A stretch of 64,000 bases of DNA, from the NCBI GenBank assembly GCA_964019335.1, contig OZ025707.1, positions 1 through 64,000 of the forward strand, given 5' to 3'. The stretch is from Diplonema japonicum. Taxonomy: Eukaryota > Protista > Euglenozoa: Diplonemea. Position numbers and translations under genes: made by a program. How positions within the stretch are numbered: position 1 is the stretch's first letter; every line of letters starts with the position of its first letter. Under the pieces are notes generated by a model that saw only the letters and a list, made by a program, of their open reading frames with translations, did no database searches and was not told the DNA's origin. Shown in pieces: positions 23,923-34,517 of this stretch.

Positions 23923-24404
23923 GTAAAAATTAGAAAAAAAACAAGAAAATAGTACTTAAAAAAAAAACCAATAGTTTCCTTCCTTTTTTTATCCGTTTTT
24001 TTTTTCTAGGGGCGTTTTTTTACCCCCCCCCCCAATTTTAAATACCCTTTGTTCTTTCCATTTTTTTCTCTCTCTGTCTCTTCCAATTTCCTCAGCTACC
24101 TACAAGTTTTGAAAAACAGATTCCTTCTGTACCTGAAGAAAGGGCCAGAAGGCACAATAGTTTTACTGCCAAAATGAGCGGTCAGGAAAGACTGAAGGGG
24201 AAAACTTCCGCAAGATTTCTTGTATTTTTTTTTCTTTTTGACATTCTGTCAATTTCCCCCCTTTTTTTCTTGCAATTGTTGTCTCGGGTCCTCCTTCTGC
24301 TTGTCAAGCATAAAGGTTTCACACTGATATCAGGGCCTGGAAAAAAAAAAGAAAAAAATAAAAAAAAAAACCCCTATCTTCTTCTTCTCCAGAGTTAACA
24401 CGGC

Positions 24405-24442
<38 letters not shown>

Positions 24443-24731
24443 AAAAAACTACAAGTTGAGAAGAAATATTTAAAAAAAAAAAAATGCACAAACATAAAAA
24501 AAAAACCAAAAAAAAAAACCAAAGACGACAAAAAAAAAAAAAAAAAAAAAAAGTAACCACCCTCTTCCATTTTTTTTTTCCCACCAAACCCCATCCCCCC
24601 CGCCCTCCCACATTCCTGTCCCACTTCCCGCCCGTTCCCCCCCCCCCCCTTCATTTATTTTCTTTTCTTTTTTTATTTTTACACCGTTGCCAACAATAGG
24701 GGACTTCGGGGCGAAACTTCTTCTTTTTTTC

Positions 24732-24850
24732 GGATACGGCCATACTCTGGTGAATGCACCCTATCCCGCCTGATTTGGGAAGTTAAGCACCAGCAGGCCA
24801 GGTTAGTACTGCGGTGAGTGATCACGTGGGAAGCCCTGGTGCTGTATCCT
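24732..24850 (+). rRNA. 5S rRNA gene or gene copy (solitary)
   Basis: 119 nt, ggatacggccatac...gaagttaagc...ggttagtact...gggaa...gctgtatcct; the ends pair as helix I. Confidence 0.88.
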
Positions 24851-24984
24851 CAAAAAAGTGGGCCGTTGCTAACCACTTCGTTCCTATCATGGTTAATTTT
24901 TTTTTTCTCCAACAGGGTCTGGGAGAGCATGCTTTGCATGGTTTGAGTGCGAAAAAAAAAAAAAAAGAAAAAAAAAAAAAAACT

Positions 24985-25977
24985 ATGTCTAATGTTAAAC
25001 TACATACAATAGAAAGCAGGGTCCTCGAGATACCAGTGGACAGCAGTGTAACATGCATACGCGATCTCACAAGGATGCTTGTTTCCGACTATGGGTACGA
25101 AGCTGGTGTCCGAATAGTGCACAATGGGAAGGTCATGCAAATGCACGAAAAAATTATAGACATCCAAAGCTCAAAGCACAAGGCTGTGGTCACTGGCCAG
25201 GTCAGGGAAGATGTGTACCAACCAGCTGCAGGCGAAGAGGAACTCTTAGCGGGCGTCCTAATGGAAGTGAGCGAAGGCGAGACCCACCTTGAAAAACTTC
25301 TCAGAGCTTTCCCGGAATTCGAGAACATAAGACAGAGCATCCTAAGACGGACCGCAAGCATGGAAACCGCAATGCGTGCAATCCAGCGTACCCACCCCGA
25401 CATCCTTGCCGCCATCGATGATGATCAAACAGGTTTTCTTGACATTCTCAAATACGGGTTACCGCAGGTCGACGACTCTACCCCTGACATGACGGATCTG
25501 GACCACGGACCGCATCTCGAGGAGGCTGCACTGTGTGCTGTGCTGCAGGACATCCTTGGTGGGCAGACGGAGCTGGAGGTCTTCATGGCAGGCATTATGC
25601 CCTCTATACAGCACTTGGTGAACAACTTCAGAGACGGAGACCTTACATTAGAAGAGCTTGCGGCCACTGTCGTGACATTGCATGGCGAGGTGCACCCTCT
25701 TATCGAGCAGTGTGGGGAAGACGTCTTCATGGCGTGCTTGCAGAACGGCCCTCCGCAGGAATGCTCGCAGCGAGACATCGAGGCAGAGGTGGACCTAGGT
25801 GGCGGGGAAGGGCAAGAGCTCCTCCAGCCCTCCGCGGCCTACACACCCCAGCTCCCTCCACAGGAGGACGTTGCAACCCTCATCTCGGCTACCGGTGTGA
25901 GCCACAACGAAGCAGTCCAAGCCCTGCTTGCATGTGAGGGCGACATCGAAGCGGCAGCTGCCCTTCTCCTCGACTAA
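24985..25977 (+). CDS. RAD23-like ubiquitin shuttle protein (UBL, XPC-binding/STI1-like repeats, UBA)
   Basis: N-terminal ubiquitin-like VRIVHNGKVM, PEFENIRQ...HPDILAAIDDDQTGFLDIL, and C-terminal EAVQALLACEGDIEAAAALLL. ATG follows an A-tract. Confidence 0.7.
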   Translation: MSNVKLHTIESRVLEIPVDSSVTCIRDLTRMLVSDYGYEAGVRIVHNGKVMQMHEKIIDIQSSKHKAVVTGQVREDVYQPAAGEEELLAGVLMEVSEGETHLEKLLRAFPEFENIRQSILRRTASMETAMRAIQRTHPDILAAIDDDQTGFLDILKYGLPQVDDSTPDMTDLDHGPHLEEAALCAVLQDILGGQTELEVFMAGIMPSIQHLVNNFRDGDLTLEELAATVVTLHGEVHPLIEQCGEDVFMACLQNGPPQECSQRDIEAEVDLGGGEGQELLQPSAAYTPQLPPQEDVATLISATGVSHNEAVQALLACEGDIEAAAALLLD

Positions 25978-26059
25978 ATTATTTTTCTTCTTTTTGTTTT
26001 TTCTTCTCGGTTTTACTTGTTATTTTTTTTTCTTTCTTTCCCTTTCAACACCATTTCAG

Positions 26060-26494
26060 CTACCTGCACAACAACAACAACATGCACCCACCTGCTACAA
26101 CCCTCACAAAAGAGGAGGGGAGGGTCGCCTTGGTCGGCGCTGTTTCAAAAGGGGACCTTGAGGAGATGAGGGAACTTGTTCTGGAGCGGGGTGTTGACCT
26201 GGTGCAACAGGCAGCGATGGTTTCACAGCCCTGCACTATGCAGCTCGCGAAAACAACTGTGTCGAGGTTGTGGCTGCTCTCGTCTCTTCTTACCACCAGG
26301 ACCCTGGTGTGAAAAGCAACGATGGTTGGACACCTGTTCATGAAGCATCACTGAACGGCCACCTCGAGACAGTTAAATATCTCGTCGAATCTCTCGGTCA
26401 AGACGCAGGTGTTAAAAGCTACGACGGTAGGACACCGGTTCATCGAGCGGCACTGAACGGCCAGCTGGAGACAGTTAAATATCTTGTTGAAACT
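26060..26494 (+). pseudogene. Frameshifted 5' fragment of the ankyrin-array gene
   Basis: Near-identical to ~36225-36680 with indels, no ATGGATCCG start, truncated after cttgttgaaacttg. Confidence 0.85.
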
Positions 26495-26921
26495 TGTACT
26501 GTACTGTACTTTATTGGCTGCTCCCCGTGGCCAATAAGGTTCCTACAGGGAGTCAACGGGGCTGTCTTCCCTTATTACACACCTCGCCCCCCACACACAA
26601 AAAAAAAAAAAAGAAAGAATATTGTAATAGTTGTTTGCTGGTGACCGGTGAACGGTGCTGGTGGTGTTGGCTGAGCGGGCTGGTTTGGCTGATTGGTTGA
26701 ATTGAATTGATTTGAGTTGAATTGAGTTGAGTTGTCTGCTGGTGAGTGGTGATTGGTGCTGGTGAGTGGTGATTGGTGGTGTTGGTAGTGTTGGTTGAGC
26801 TGGTTGGTTTGGCTGATTGCAACAATTGAACAGAAGTGTTGGAAAACGCTAGATCCCTCCCTCCTTCCTTACCTTCCTCTTTCATTCCTTCCCTTCCTTC
26901 CTATTCTACTGCTGCATTTCC

Positions 26922-26955
<34 letters not shown>

Positions 26956-26985
26956 TTATTCTCGTCTTCTTCCGCCACTGTCAGT

Positions 26986-27763
26986 ATGAACGTCAACCTC
27001 ATACTGGACAAGCTGGAGAGCTTGAAGGGAGGGTCCCTCACGGTGGAGGTGAGGACCCAGATATATCGGATGATCAACCTGATCACCGATATGATGGTGG
27101 CGGAGGTGGGGCAGGGGCCGGCCCTGCAGGTGTCTACACCGGCGCGGAGGACGCAGCCGGAGCCGCAGCAGCCGCCCGTGCCGACGCCGTGGCCATGGAG
27201 GACGCCGCGAAGGGCTCCACGGACCCCCGGGAAGCCGACGAAGCAGCCCCAGGCCGGGGGGGGTGGGGGGAAGTGGAGCGAGGTGGTCCGCCACGGCCGC
27301 CCCACCCCAGAAGGAGCGGCAGGGGAGCCTGCGAGGGAGGCGTGACTGGTCCCGGGTGACTGGTTGCTTCCAGTGCTGGAGGAGGCAGGGGACGAGGGGG
27401 TACTGCTGGTGCCCGAAGGGGGAGAGGCCGAGGCCTACGACGCCGCCGCGGACAGCTGCGCGGACAGGATGTTGGAGAGCAGCAACGGCACATGGGTCCT
27501 GCTGACGCGGAGGAGGGTCAAGGCCCTCAACGGAGGGCTGCCACACGCCCATGAAAACGTGAGGATGGCGGTGCCAGTGGGCCTGAAGGCACCGAAGACA
27601 CTATTCGTGACAGTGTTGGGGAAGTTCCCTGAAGGGGGACTCCTGACGGGGGTGCAGCAGCCGCAGCTTCGGAGCGGTCGCCGGAGACGGCCTGTCAGGC
27701 GGAGAAGAAGGTCCACACGCACGAGTGGCCCGAGAAGAGCGGGGAGGCGGCGACGGAGAGCTG
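26986..27763 (+). mobile_element. GC-rich frameshifted ORF, possibly retroelement ORF1-like, fused to a subtilisin fragment
   Basis: MNVNLILDKLESLKGG...KWSEVVRHGR, abrupt GC rise, repetitive TG-rich leader at 26640-26830. Family not recognised. Confidence 0.35.
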
Positions 27764-28294
27764 GGTGTGCAGTTCGTGGCGGACAACGCCGCCACAAGGA
27801 AGAAGAAGTCTGTTGCGAACATGTCGCTGGGAGGTGGCTTCAGCACGGCGTCGAACAACGCTGTCGACGCTGCTGTTGGCACCGGTGTTTCCTTCGCTGT
27901 GGCAGCCGGGAACGACAACGCTGACGCGAGGAACTACAGCCCCGCCAGTGCCAAGGACTGCGTCACCGTCGGCTCCACCGAGCTCGCCAACTCGGGAGGC
28001 ACCCAGGTGGACGCACGCTCCAGCTTCTCCAACTACGGCAGCACCCTCGACATCTTCGCACCCGGCTCCAACATTGTGGCCGCGTACTCCACCTCCGACA
28101 CCGCCTACGCCACCCTCTCCGGTACCTCCATGGCCTCCCCTCACGTTGCTGGTGCCATGGCTCTCTACGCCCAGACAAACAGCCCCGCTGAGGTCAAGAA
28201 GCTCCTCAACGACAACGCCGAGACTGGTATCCTTCAGATCGGGACTGGGTCCCCGAACAAGATGCTTCACGTTCCTTGCATTAGCACCCGTTAA
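27764..28294 (+). pseudogene. 3' half duplicate of the subtilisin gene
   Basis: Nearly identical to 35172-35702 (GVQFVADN...GTSMASPHVAG...CISTR). Lacks signal peptide, propeptide, catalytic Asp and His. Confidence 0.9.
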
Positions 28295-28365
28295 ACTCGG
28301 GATTCGCTGATCTTTGCATACTCTCTTCCCCTCCCCCTGAATGTGTAAACTAAAAAGAAAACGTG

Positions 28366-29861
28366 CGCAAGAAGAAGCACGACGGCACTGCGTTCCTCCA
28401 CGGCGATGGGGATCTTCTCATCCTGCGCGAGCAGTCACAGGGTTTTGATCAGGAAGCCCTCAACCGAAGGGCCCTCCAGAGACGGATGGATCGATACCTC
28501 AGTCTCTTGGTCTACTTCCGGCAACACCCGGAGCTCTTGGACGAACATCAGCGTCAGCTCCTGTCGGTCGGTCCCCTCCCGATGCACCTGGACACCTCTC
28601 CACATCAACTGCTGCTCGAGGCCCGTGACACGGATAGAACTGCCGACCAACAGGCAACCGTCGCCAATTAGGAACAGCTTCTTCTGATTGCGCACAAGGC
28701 GTTGCCTACCACCGAACGTCTTCGGCTGTCTCACGAATGGCACTCGGGGCTGAACACCGCGGTACAGCAACAGTGGTGGTCGGAGTTCTTCGCCCAAGGC
28801 GGCTGGAAACACCCACTCTTCGGTTCCGAGGCCCCAAGAGGTGACGAGACTAGGACTCCAGGGAGGACCCCTCTCCTGCTCACCTACAACGGGCAGAGGA
28901 ACAAACGCCCGGAACCCGAAGACGGCCCCGCCCTTCCCGCGGCCAAACGGGATCTCGCCGCGACGAGGCCGAACACCAGAGTCACTGGACTTGTCGCCCT
29001 TAAGAGGCTCACCAGGGAAGCAGACGTCGACGGCCCTGAGGACCTGGATGAACTTCGACACCTGGGCCTCCTTTCCCAGGGCGAGGCCGTCTTTGACCTC
29101 AGCTGCATGTCCAGGGCTTGCACACACTTCCTGGGTGAGACCCCCATGATCACGGTCCCCCTCGACACACGCGTCGCGATCCCGTGTCTGCTGGTCTGTT
29201 ATGACTCGACGTGGCTCTACGCTTCCCGCCAGGAACAGGGCTTTCGGTTGCAGACCCAAGGGTTCAAGGACAAGTCGTATCCGACTGTGGCAGCCCTACT
29301 CGCTGACTTCGTGGGGGCAGGGACCCTCTACTACAGCGAGTCACAGTGGTCGACTGTGCTGAACTCCTACAACTAGGAACTACTGGAGACGACCCTACGC
29401 AATGTAGGAGTGCCGGCCCGGCGTGCTACGAGGGCGATAGGCTATGCAGGGTTTCACAGACCTCGCACCCTATGATTTTAGTTTCCACCTTTTCCTTTTC
29501 CACTTCTTGACTTTTAACTTCCTTTCTGCTTTCCCAACATGGTTTCCGTCCCGGGTATGACGTTAAACTGCGTCCGCCGACGCATTTGGGTCAACATTCT
29601 CTGATGACCAAGCCGTCTTTTTCCGTTTCTTCTCCCCTTCTCTTTGTTATGTTATTTTCATTATTCTTTCTGGCGATAGACTGATACGGGCCATGGAAGC
29701 AACCTCTGCTTAATTCCTGGTACGTGGGAGGCTCCTCTTGAGGATGTCAGTCACCTTTTCCCTTTTTTACTCGACTCTCTGTTTTCGTATGCAGTATTTA
29801 TTCTTTCCCACCCCTTTTTATCTATTTCTTCGCTTCTTCATCCTAACTTAAAACCATTTCA
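28366..29861 (+). mobile_element. ~1.5-kb insertion with a 5'-truncated ORF interrupted by two TAG codons
   Basis: Absent from the paralogous spacer (35861-35875, acgtg-tggc-gttacc). One reading frame runs 28363-29475 apart from TAGs at 28669 and 29374. Confidence 0.6.
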
Positions 29862-30265
29862 GTTACCTTACTTGTGTTTTTTTTAGACACCTTTTTTTAT
29901 TGCTGAAGGAAAAAAAAAAAAAAAACGAACTTGAAGACCAAACAAAAACGTCTCCGGTTTTGTTGAATCTTTGGACGCAACAACAGAAGAGGGCATCCAA
30001 GTGTGAACGTGATCCTTGTTTTTTTAAAAAAAGAATTCTTTTGTTCTTGTTGTGGATGTGTTTGTGTATGTCAGTACGAATTACCAGACTTCGCAGGGCC
30101 CCCCAATCCTTCGTTCGAACATCTCTTTCCTATTCCTTCTTCTCTTTTCCCTCTTTCTTTCTCTGCAGTTTTACACGACTCGTATCTTATTTTTTCGAGT
30201 TCACATCCAATTAATCCCCAACACAGTCCCCTCTACCTGTACAACAACAACAACAACAACAAAGT

Positions 30266-32413
30266 ATGGATCCGTCAGCTGCTGCGAACAACACCACCCT
30301 CACAAAAGAGGAGGGGAGGGTTGCCTTGGTGAGCGCTGTTTCAAAAGGGGACCTTGAGGAGATGAGGGAACTTGTTCTGGAGCGGGGTGTTGACCCTGGT
30401 GCAACGGACAGCGATGGTTTCACAGCCCTGCACTATGCTGCTCGCGAAAACAACTGTGTCGAGGTTGTGGCTGCTCTCGTCTCTTCTTACCACCAGGACC
30501 CTGGTGTGAAAAGCAACGATGGTTGGACACCTGTTCACCAAGCAGCAGAGCATGGAAGCCTAGAGACAGTTAAATATCTCGTCGAAACTCTCGGTCAAGA
30601 TTGTGGTGTGAAAACCAACGACGGTAGGACACCGGTTCATCTAGCAGCACAGGAAGGCCAGCTGGAAACAGTTAAATATCTTATTGAAACTTGCGGTAGC
30701 GACGCAGGTGTCAAAAACAACAACAGTAGGACACCGCTTCATCTAGCAGCAGTTAACGGCCATCTTGAGACGGTTAAATATCTTGTTGAAACTCTCGGTC
30801 AAGACGCAGGTGTCAAAACCAACAATGGTTGGGCACCGGTTCATCTTGCAGCATCAAACGGCCACCTGGAGACAGTTAAATATCTTGTTGAAACTCTTGG
30901 TCAAGACGCAGGTGTCAAATGCAACAACGGTTGGGCACCGGTTCATCTTGCAGCATCAAACGGCCACCTGGAGACAGTTAAATATCTTGTTGAAACTCTT
31001 GGTCAAGACGCAGGTGTCAAATGCAACAACGGTTGGGCACCGGTTCATGCTGCAGCATCAAACGGCCACCTGGAGACAGTTAAATATCTTGAAAAGTCTC
31101 ATTCCCGAAAAAAAAAGAGGAATGGAAAACTTGTTAAAACTCGCGGTGGCAACAAAGGTGTGAGAAGCAACGAAGGTTGGACACCGGTTCATCAAGCAGC
31201 AGAGAACGGCCACCTGGAGACTGTTAAATATCTTGTTAAAACTCTCGGTCAAGACGCTGGTGCGAAAAGCGAAGACGGTAGGACACCGATACATGAAGCA
31301 GCATTAGGAGGCCAGCTGGAGACAGTTAAATATCTTGTTGAAACTCTTGGTCAAGACGCAGGTGTCAAATGCAACAACGGTTGGGCACCGGTTCATCTTG
31401 CAGCATCAAACGGCCACCTGGAGACAGTTAAATATCTTGAAAAGTCTCGTTCCCGAAAAAAAAAGAGGAATGGAAAACTTGTTAAAACTCGCGGTGGCAA
31501 CAAAGGTGTGAGAAGCAACGAAGGTTGGACACCGGTTCACGAAGCAGCAGAGAACGGCCACCTGGAGACTGTTAAATATCTTGTTAAAACTCTTGGTCAA
31601 GACGCTGGTGCGAAAAGCAAACACGATAGGACACCGATACATGAAGCAGCATTAGGAGGCCAGCTGGAGACTGTTAAATATCTTGTTGAAGCTTGCGGTC
31701 AAGACGCAGGTGTCAAATGCAAAAACGGTGGGACACTGGTTCATTACGCAGCAATAGGGGGCCATGTGAAGACGGTTAAATATATTGTTGAAACTCTCGG
31801 TCAAGACGCAGGTGTCAAAAACAAAGACGGTTATACACCGCTTCATGATGCAGCATTAAAGGGCCAGCTGGAGACAGTAAAATATCTTGTTGAAACTCTC
31901 GGTCAAGACGCAGGTGTCAAAACCAACAATGGTTGGGCACCGGTTCATCTTGCAGCATCAAGGGGCCAGCTGGAGACAGTAAAATATCTTGTTGGAACTC
32001 TCGGTCAAGACGCAGGTGTCAAAAGCAACTACGGTAGGACACCGCTTCATGATGCAGCATCAAGGGGCCAGCTGGAGACAGTTAAATATCTTGTTGAAAG
32101 CAGGAGAGGTGCGGCATCATGCACTCTTTCCGTTTCATGCTCAAAAAAAAAAAAAAGAAAACTTGTTGAAACTCTCGGTCAAGACGCAGGTGTCAAGTGC
32201 AACAACGGTAGGACACCGCTTCATTACGCAGCATTCAAGGGCCATCTTGAGACGGTTAAATATCTTGTTGAAACTTGCGGTCAAGACGCAGGTGTCAAAA
32301 ACAACGACGGTAGCACACCGGTTCATCTAGCGGCACAGGAAGGCCATCTCGAAACAATAAAATATCTTGTTGAAGAAAGAATAAAAAAAAAAGACTGGCG
32401 ACAAGAAGGATAG
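30266..32413 (+). CDS. Ankyrin-repeat array protein 1 (715 aa as an unspliced ORF)
   Basis: About 18 34-aa repeats G.TPVH.AA..GHLETVKYLVETLGQDAGVK; three in-frame A-rich inserts. Confidence 0.9.
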   Translation: MDPSAAANNTTLTKEEGRVALVSAVSKGDLEEMRELVLERGVDPGATDSDGFTALHYAARENNCVEVVAALVSSYHQDPGVKSNDGWTPVHQAAEHGSLETVKYLVETLGQDCGVKTNDGRTPVHLAAQEGQLETVKYLIETCGSDAGVKNNNSRTPLHLAAVNGHLETVKYLVETLGQDAGVKTNNGWAPVHLAASNGHLETVKYLVETLGQDAGVKCNNGWAPVHLAASNGHLETVKYLVETLGQDAGVKCNNGWAPVHAAASNGHLETVKYLEKSHSRKKKRNGKLVKTRGGNKGVRSNEGWTPVHQAAENGHLETVKYLVKTLGQDAGAKSEDGRTPIHEAALGGQLETVKYLVETLGQDAGVKCNNGWAPVHLAASNGHLETVKYLEKSRSRKKKRNGKLVKTRGGNKGVRSNEGWTPVHEAAENGHLETVKYLVKTLGQDAGAKSKHDRTPIHEAALGGQLETVKYLVEACGQDAGVKCKNGGTLVHYAAIGGHVKTVKYIVETLGQDAGVKNKDGYTPLHDAALKGQLETVKYLVETLGQDAGVKTNNGWAPVHLAASRGQLETVKYLVGTLGQDAGVKSNYGRTPLHDAASRGQLETVKYLVESRRGAASCTLSVSCSKKKKRKLVETLGQDAGVKCNNGRTPLHYAAFKGHLETVKYLVETCGQDAGVKNNDGSTPVHLAAQEGHLETIKYLVEERIKKKDWRQEG

Positions 32414-32929
32414 AAAAATAAAGTGTTCACCAGTGTGATGTTCGAGAGGCACAATTTACGTACTCTCCTATTTTTTTTTAATTTATTTATTTATTTATTT
32501 ATTTATTTTCTTTTTTTTTTTTTTTTTGCATGAAGAAAAACAATCTATTGATACTGAATTGTTATTGCTAAAAAGAGTAGTGGTGGCATTGTTGGGCTTA
32601 TCCTTCTACAGGTTAACCCCGGCTGTGCACAAACAGCAATCAACCGACTCTTTTTTTTGGAAGAAGTAAAAGAGAAGAAAAAACTATAACTATCTTGTTT
32701 CAAATCGTACCTGTTTCTTTCTTGTAAATGTGTCTCTCTCTTTTTTTTTTTTTTTTTTCTTTTTTTTATTCTTTTTTTTTTTGGGGGACCAATGTTTCCA
32801 ACCTCCCTGTGGTGGTTCCTGGTAATTGTGGTTTGGAGAAACACAAGCGAAAGGGAAACTCTCGTTCTAAAGCCGTACACGTGGGGAAACCTGGACGGGG
32901 GTGGAGAGCCCACCCTACGCGTGGCGCCA

Positions 32930-33100
32930 GTTAGCATCGCCCTCAACGGAGAGTCCCTTATCCCATTACATCGAACAAGGAGGTGGCTTCACCAGGTCAG
33001 GCAAGTAGCCTCCCCGCGGCATCGTGCCAGTGAAGCTAGCCTCCCACAACTCTCCAGTTGGTGTTTAATTGCTTCTGTGGCCCCTCTCCCTATTTCAATT
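32930..33100 (+). repeat. Dispersed ~170-bp repeat (second copy ~54555-54720)
   Basis: gttagcat(t)cgccctc.acggagagtcccttatccca...gtggcttcaccaggtc.ggcaagtagcctc...ttggtgtttaattgcttctgt is shared by both loci. Confidence 0.8.
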
Positions 33101-33202
33101 TCCAAGCTTTCTTTACCTCTCCACTTTTACTTTCTACGGGACCACAGGGGACTTTGGGTGGCCGCTGTGTCACATACTGCATGGCACCACTAAAATCGAG
33201 AC

Positions 33203-33242
<40 letters not shown>

Positions 33243-34517
33243 CTCGGTTGTTTTGTTCACCAGGTACCCTTAACGTCATGAAAGACCCGAAGAGGGCGGG
33301 GTTCCTCAAGGACAGTGAAGAGACCACCTTTTTATTAGCAAGCCATTCAAGGCAACAGGAAGAAAACAAATGAAGTGTAATCAAATAGAAGAACAGAAAT
33401 TTTGATAAATTTCGGTGTGCGGGTGGGTGCTCACCGTTGTAGAAAAGAAAAATGAAAAAAGAAAGAAGTAGTAAACCCCCACAGGTGCATCTTCAGGAGT
33501 TTCAGTCTTGAAGAAGAGAAAAGAAAAGAAAAAAATGAAGAAAAGAAAAAGGGAAAAAAAAGAAGAGAAGTGATTTCCTTTTGATCTTTCTTTTGTTGTT
33601 GTGTTTGATGTTTTTTTTTTTTTTTTTCTGATTAGAGTGGGTCTTTTTGTTTTTTCCCTCGCTCTCATCTTCTCTTGGAAAGAGAAAAATAAATAGAAAA
33701 GGGAAGGCCTCCGATGTTCAAAACCTAAATAGATTTTTTTTTTTTTTAAACCAGGGGCAGAGGTTCGCCAAGAGTGTACAGTCTTGTTTCTCGCGGAAAC
33801 AGAGAACCTACCCCCCACCCCCACAGCAGCCGACCAATCAGACACAGCAGTGTGAAAAAAAAAAAAAAAAAAATGCCCTTATTTAGAACAAAAGGAGAAA
33901 GGGAAAAAAAAAGCAATTGTTTATCTTTCTTCTCCTGCCTCCTTCTTTTGGGTACCAAAAAAAGCTTTTCAGAAGGTCCAATACCGGCCAGGGGTGGAGG
34001 ACAACATGGAAGTCCGGTTCCCCGTGGTTTCATCCCCCATCCTCATTCTCGCTTTCCTCCCACCTCTTCATAGTTTACTGTTTCACGAGCGCTCCTTTTG
34101 TCGTTGTTGGACTTTAGGGTGAGCTGCTTATATTCCTTTCCTCCCGAGTTTCAGCCTTGTGAGCTGACCATCAATATTCAATAGATTTTTTTTTTTTAAA
34201 CCGGGGGCGGAGGCTCACATTTAGTTTACTTTTTTCATTTTTATTTTTATTTGGGTTTGTCCTCCACTTTGAGTTTTTTTTTTTGTTTTTTTTTCTTATT
34301 TTATTTTTTATTTCTATTCTTACTTTCATTTTTCATTTAATTTTACGTTTCATCCCGCTACCAGTCGTGGTCGCCAACAGCTCGCTCACACCCTTCTCCA
34401 GGATCTCCCTCCAGCATCTTGTCCGCGCAGCTGTCCGTCGTAGGCAGCGGCCTTTGCTTCCAAACACACACACACACACCACAGTTTCCTTTCTCCTTAC
34501 TTTACTTTTTACTTAAC

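Noticed and set aside
24660-24980. SL RNA gene linked to the 5S gene
   Set aside because: No spliced-leader-like exon followed by GT is visible near the 5S copy.
28669-29376. Genome-wide TAG reassignment
   Set aside because: Host genes here (CDK at 13136, PABP at 22799) end in TAG at the expected positions.
29595-29640. CTGATGA as a hammerhead ribozyme core
   Set aside because: No stem II followed by GAAA in the required arrangement on either strand.
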